This document shows, one piece after another, positions 60,901 to 64,000 of a stretch of 64,000 bases of DNA. Numbering within the stretch: position 1 is the stretch's first letter; each line of letters opens with the position of its first letter. The position numbers and the translations under genes were made by a program. The notes under the pieces are model-generated. The model saw only the letters and a list, made by a program, of their open reading frames with translations. It was not told the DNA's origin and ran no database searches. This DNA comes from Amoebophrya sp. A120. Lineage: Eukaryota; Protista; Dinoflagellata. Location of the stretch: contig CAJINV010000006.1 in assembly GCA_905178155.1 (NCBI GenBank), forward strand, positions 3,630,169 through 3,694,168, written 5' to 3'.

Positions 60901-63212
60901 AATTCAGCCTCGAAAGGAGAAATCTTGTCGGGTAGAACGCTACTGCTCTGCAGGTTGACTGCGTTTATGACCTTTTTCAGAAGTTCGGTTCCGTTTCTCG
61001 TGTTGCCCAGGCGTCTGAGCCGAAACGTAACTTCTCGGAAAACCTTGTGTCTGCGCTCACAGATTCCGTTTTCCCAGTGCTCCTCGCTGGGAAGAAGATG
61101 GAGACTGACTCCTTCTTGCTTGCAGAAATCTCGGAGCTCGGTCGAGATGAACTGTCTTCCAGGGTCGGCCATCAAATTGCGCGGAAGAAATCCCTTTTCC
61201 TTCAGCTCCTTGAGGAAAGTGATAACATCCGCCGTTTTGACGTTTTTGGAGGGGGGCTTGTGACCTCGGGAATATCTCGAGTGGAGATCGATAGCATGCA
61301 ACATCTCATTCTCTTTTGGTGCTCCGAGAAATACCGACTGAGAATAGTAATAGATGTCGAGGGCCATCCATTCTCCTACTTTTGTGGAAACGAAGGTGGC
61401 TGCTCGTGGTCTACGTGGTGCGTAGCGTGTTCGCGCCATTGTAGTTGCTATCATCCTCGCCATTGCTAGGGCTTCTACGTCTGACAGTATTCTCCAGGAT
61501 ACGATACCGGAACTATCTTTATCTGGAAATCCTTTACTTTCGAGAATTGCGAAACTCGTGGCGAATTTGTCTTGTCTTTGTGGCGTGTCCGGTTTTCCAG
61601 TGCTCGACAAATATTTCTTGTAAAGTGATTCCAGAATCCTCGCTCCACTGCCTTAGACGCAAGTCTGGTCGCCCTTGACGACCAGGATTCCTTTTTCCTT
61701 TTGCAACTGCTTCGGGGTTTTGCAGTTTTTCAGCTTGCAAGTTTTGTTGACAACATCGACCGCCTCGAGATCGCTGCACCCTAACAGGAACGGGGTCGCT
61801 CCCTGAACCACTCGGAAGGTTCTGGATGCTCCGAACACGAAGCAAGCGGCTTTCTGCGTGCTGGTGCTGTTGTTGCCGTCGGCAAACGCAAACTTGACCG
61901 GACTAGCCTCCTGCAAGTCGTAAGCCAGCTTGCTAGCATCCAACGTTTCTTGTCCCACCAGGCTGCTAGCGCAGCCCGTATCCACCGCCATAGACTGGGG
62001 CGATTCGAACGACAAGAAAGCAGCAGAAACTTTTTCGGTCTCTTGTTCTTCCTTCGGCTGTTCCTGTTCTTCCTCGGGGTAGTAGTCGTAGTCGTCGTTG
62101 TGGTCGTACTCACCATCCCACTCTTCGTAGGGATAGTCGTTTTCGTACTCGTCATCTTCGCCGACAGCCCCTGCTGCGTAGCGCGAAGATTTTCCTTTCC
62201 ACCCGAAACGCGACTTGCCTCCTTTGCCTTTCCCCGGTCCTGGGCGGTTCGGGGTGTACGTTTTTCCTTTGGCCTTGCTGTTGTTCTTGCCGCTCGGCTT
62301 CCCGTGGTGGGCGCTCGACGACGGAGAACCTGAACCGTAGGTCAACCCGCGATAATTGGCATAGTTCGGATACCATCGCTGTTTTCCTTTTCCTGCTGCG
62401 GCTGTGGCGCTTTCCTCCCGGCCTGCAAACGACGCAAGACACTTGACAACTTGCTTGTCAATGTCCTTGAACGCGTAGGACGCGGAAGCGCCCAAAATTT
62501 GTCCCGTCTGCAGCTGAGTTAATCCGAACGATCTTAAGTACAGAAGACCTAAAAACTCTTCTCGTGGAAGATGCGCCAGCGCCTGCGCGCTCTGCTGGAA
62601 GCGCGCGCGCGCCGTCACCAGGTCCCCGGTGTCGCTGTTTCTTTCCACCAACCGACACACTTCCGAAAACAGATGCATCTGGAGATCGCCGAACAGAGCC
62701 TCCCTAATCTGTTCCAGCATGGTATCGTAGGTTAACGATTCCGCCACTGTTGGCGTAGCCAGATGCGTATGCACTGCCTGCAACGAAATTGCTTGCTTGA
62801 TTTGTGGAAGGCCTAAGCTTTCCTCGATCCCGTATTTTCGCAAATTAGAAAGATAGCCCACAAGGTCCCGGCTGTAGGCGTTAAACTGCCCGAGTTCTTG
62901 CAACTTGGGGGCGGCTTTCTGATAGTCCCAGCGGCTGAGCGGGGGCGAAGCTGTGGCCGGGGCCTGCATGTTCGGCATGGCGTTCCCCGGCTGGGGCGGC
63001 GTCGTTCCCGCTGTATTTGCTTGGCCGAGGAGATGCCGCGCGATCGGCTCGATCATTTGGGTCAGCTGTCCGAGTCTTCTCATGGTCTCCCGAAACTCTT
63101 CGGGCGTAATCGGCTGCGTTTCGCCTGCCATTGGACTCGGTCCCGCTGCGTGTTGTCCTGTTGGATGTGGCGGAGGAGGGTACTCCGCACCGGAATCGAA
63201 AGGATTGAACAT
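57960..63212 (-). pseudogene. Copia gag-pol polyprotein in a single frame with two in-frame stops (TAA 61653-61655, TGA 59178-59180)
   Basis: Protease AVDTGC; integrase MALD/ADPG/GICERRH; RT KARWVVRGF, LKK*LYGL, FVDDLL; RNase H FSDSSF, LTDS, IADELT. The three ORF pieces share a frame. Confidence 0.85.
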
Positions 63213-63567
63213 TTTTGGGGTTGTTAAGATGGAAAATTTGTAATGTTAAGTAAGGGATTTTTACTTAGAATTAAGGTGATGCGATATAAGAACTTGTAAT
63301 GCGAAACACGAGCTAACTACTTAAAAATAGGCATGTTTTTCAAAAAAGTTGTATGTGGAAAATTATATGATTTACATGGAGATTAGAAGTATACTATACT
63401 TGATTTATGCGTTTTTACTTGTGTTATTTTGAATTTGTGATGCTGCTTCTGTATAAAACTGTTGAGTTATGTATTTTGTTTTTTATGCTATGTAAAAAAC
63501 TGTAACTATTTATTTTTCGAATTTGTCATGCTACTATAAAAATTTTAAAGTGAAGAAAGAAATAAAA

Positions 63568-63577
63568 TCCGCTACCA
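63568..63577 (-). promoter_or_regulatory. Primer-binding site, probably initiator tRNA-Met
   Basis: TGGTAGCGGA directly after the 5' LTR, complementary to a tRNA 3' end ...GCTACCA. Confidence 0.75.
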
Positions 63578-63936
63578 TGTGAAGTTTCCTGTAAATGTGG
63601 TGAACAACAAATTTGGAAACTTTCATAGAGGTTACGATCCTCAATCGTATTGGGGTGTTACCAATTGTGAATTCCAGTATTGCGCGTATATTGGGTTCAC
63701 AAACAAGCCTGACATCGTTCCATTCAAAAATCCACATCGGTCTTCTTTTCATCTGTATCGTTTCTCATCGTCATTGCATTCAGATTAGCACGCTATGCTA
63801 GAAGCTAGTATAGTGTGTACGATACTACAACGATAGGTGTACGATGGTCCGAATAAATATGCTCTGAACGAATACCGATAGTAGTAATGATTTTTGCATT
63901 CAGACAGAAACTGGGTGTACGTCAATACCGATGACA
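63578..63936 (-). repeat. 5' LTR
   Basis: TGTGAAG...GATGACA, followed by ATAGG. Confidence 0.97.
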
Positions 63937-64000
63937 ATAGGCATGAGAGAGCCTTCACACAACCTGTAATGCTAAAGCATGCATCATCGACATCGTAGGT

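Larger units (their letters stand above)
57041..63936 (-). mobile_element. Full-length Ty1/copia LTR retrotransposon
   Basis: 359-bp TG..CA LTRs, ATAGG target duplication (57036-57040, 63937-63941), PBS, PPT, and domain order PR-IN-RT-RH. Confidence 0.97.
56898..64000. mobile_element. Introner family A interrupted by the copia element; right TIR outside the window
   Basis: Left TIR at 56898; family-A internal sequence resumes at 63942. Confidence 0.85.

Overview
Eukaryotic genomic DNA. The architecture resembles that described for the parasitic dinoflagellate Amoebophrya (Syndiniales); this is an inference, not a taxonomic proof. All seven host genes I can reconstruct lie on the minus strand. 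Five of them are split by about 50 short (146-336 bp) MITE-like elements from at least 7 sequence families. These elements almost always begin with TA, end with TA, carry long terminal inverted repeats (TIRs) and are flanked by a 5-bp direct repeat (DR). Wherever I traced a junction by hand, deleting the element plus one DR copy restored the reading frame, usually without GT-AG ends, so they behave as non-canonical introner introns. Reconstructed genes: a >2200-aa intronless membrane protein running off the left edge, two paralogous Cys-rich signal-bearing proteins, a kinase-fold-like membrane protein, a small Cys protein, an IDO/PrnB-like protein (tentative), a PLP-dependent transferase-like protein, and a dephospho-CoA kinase-domain protein. 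A young 6.9-kb Ty1/copia retrotransposon sits inside one introner and an 871-bp GC-rich MITE sits inside another. A TGTNATGC octamer recurs in all element families. Family letters A-H are my own labels; all alignments were done by eye.
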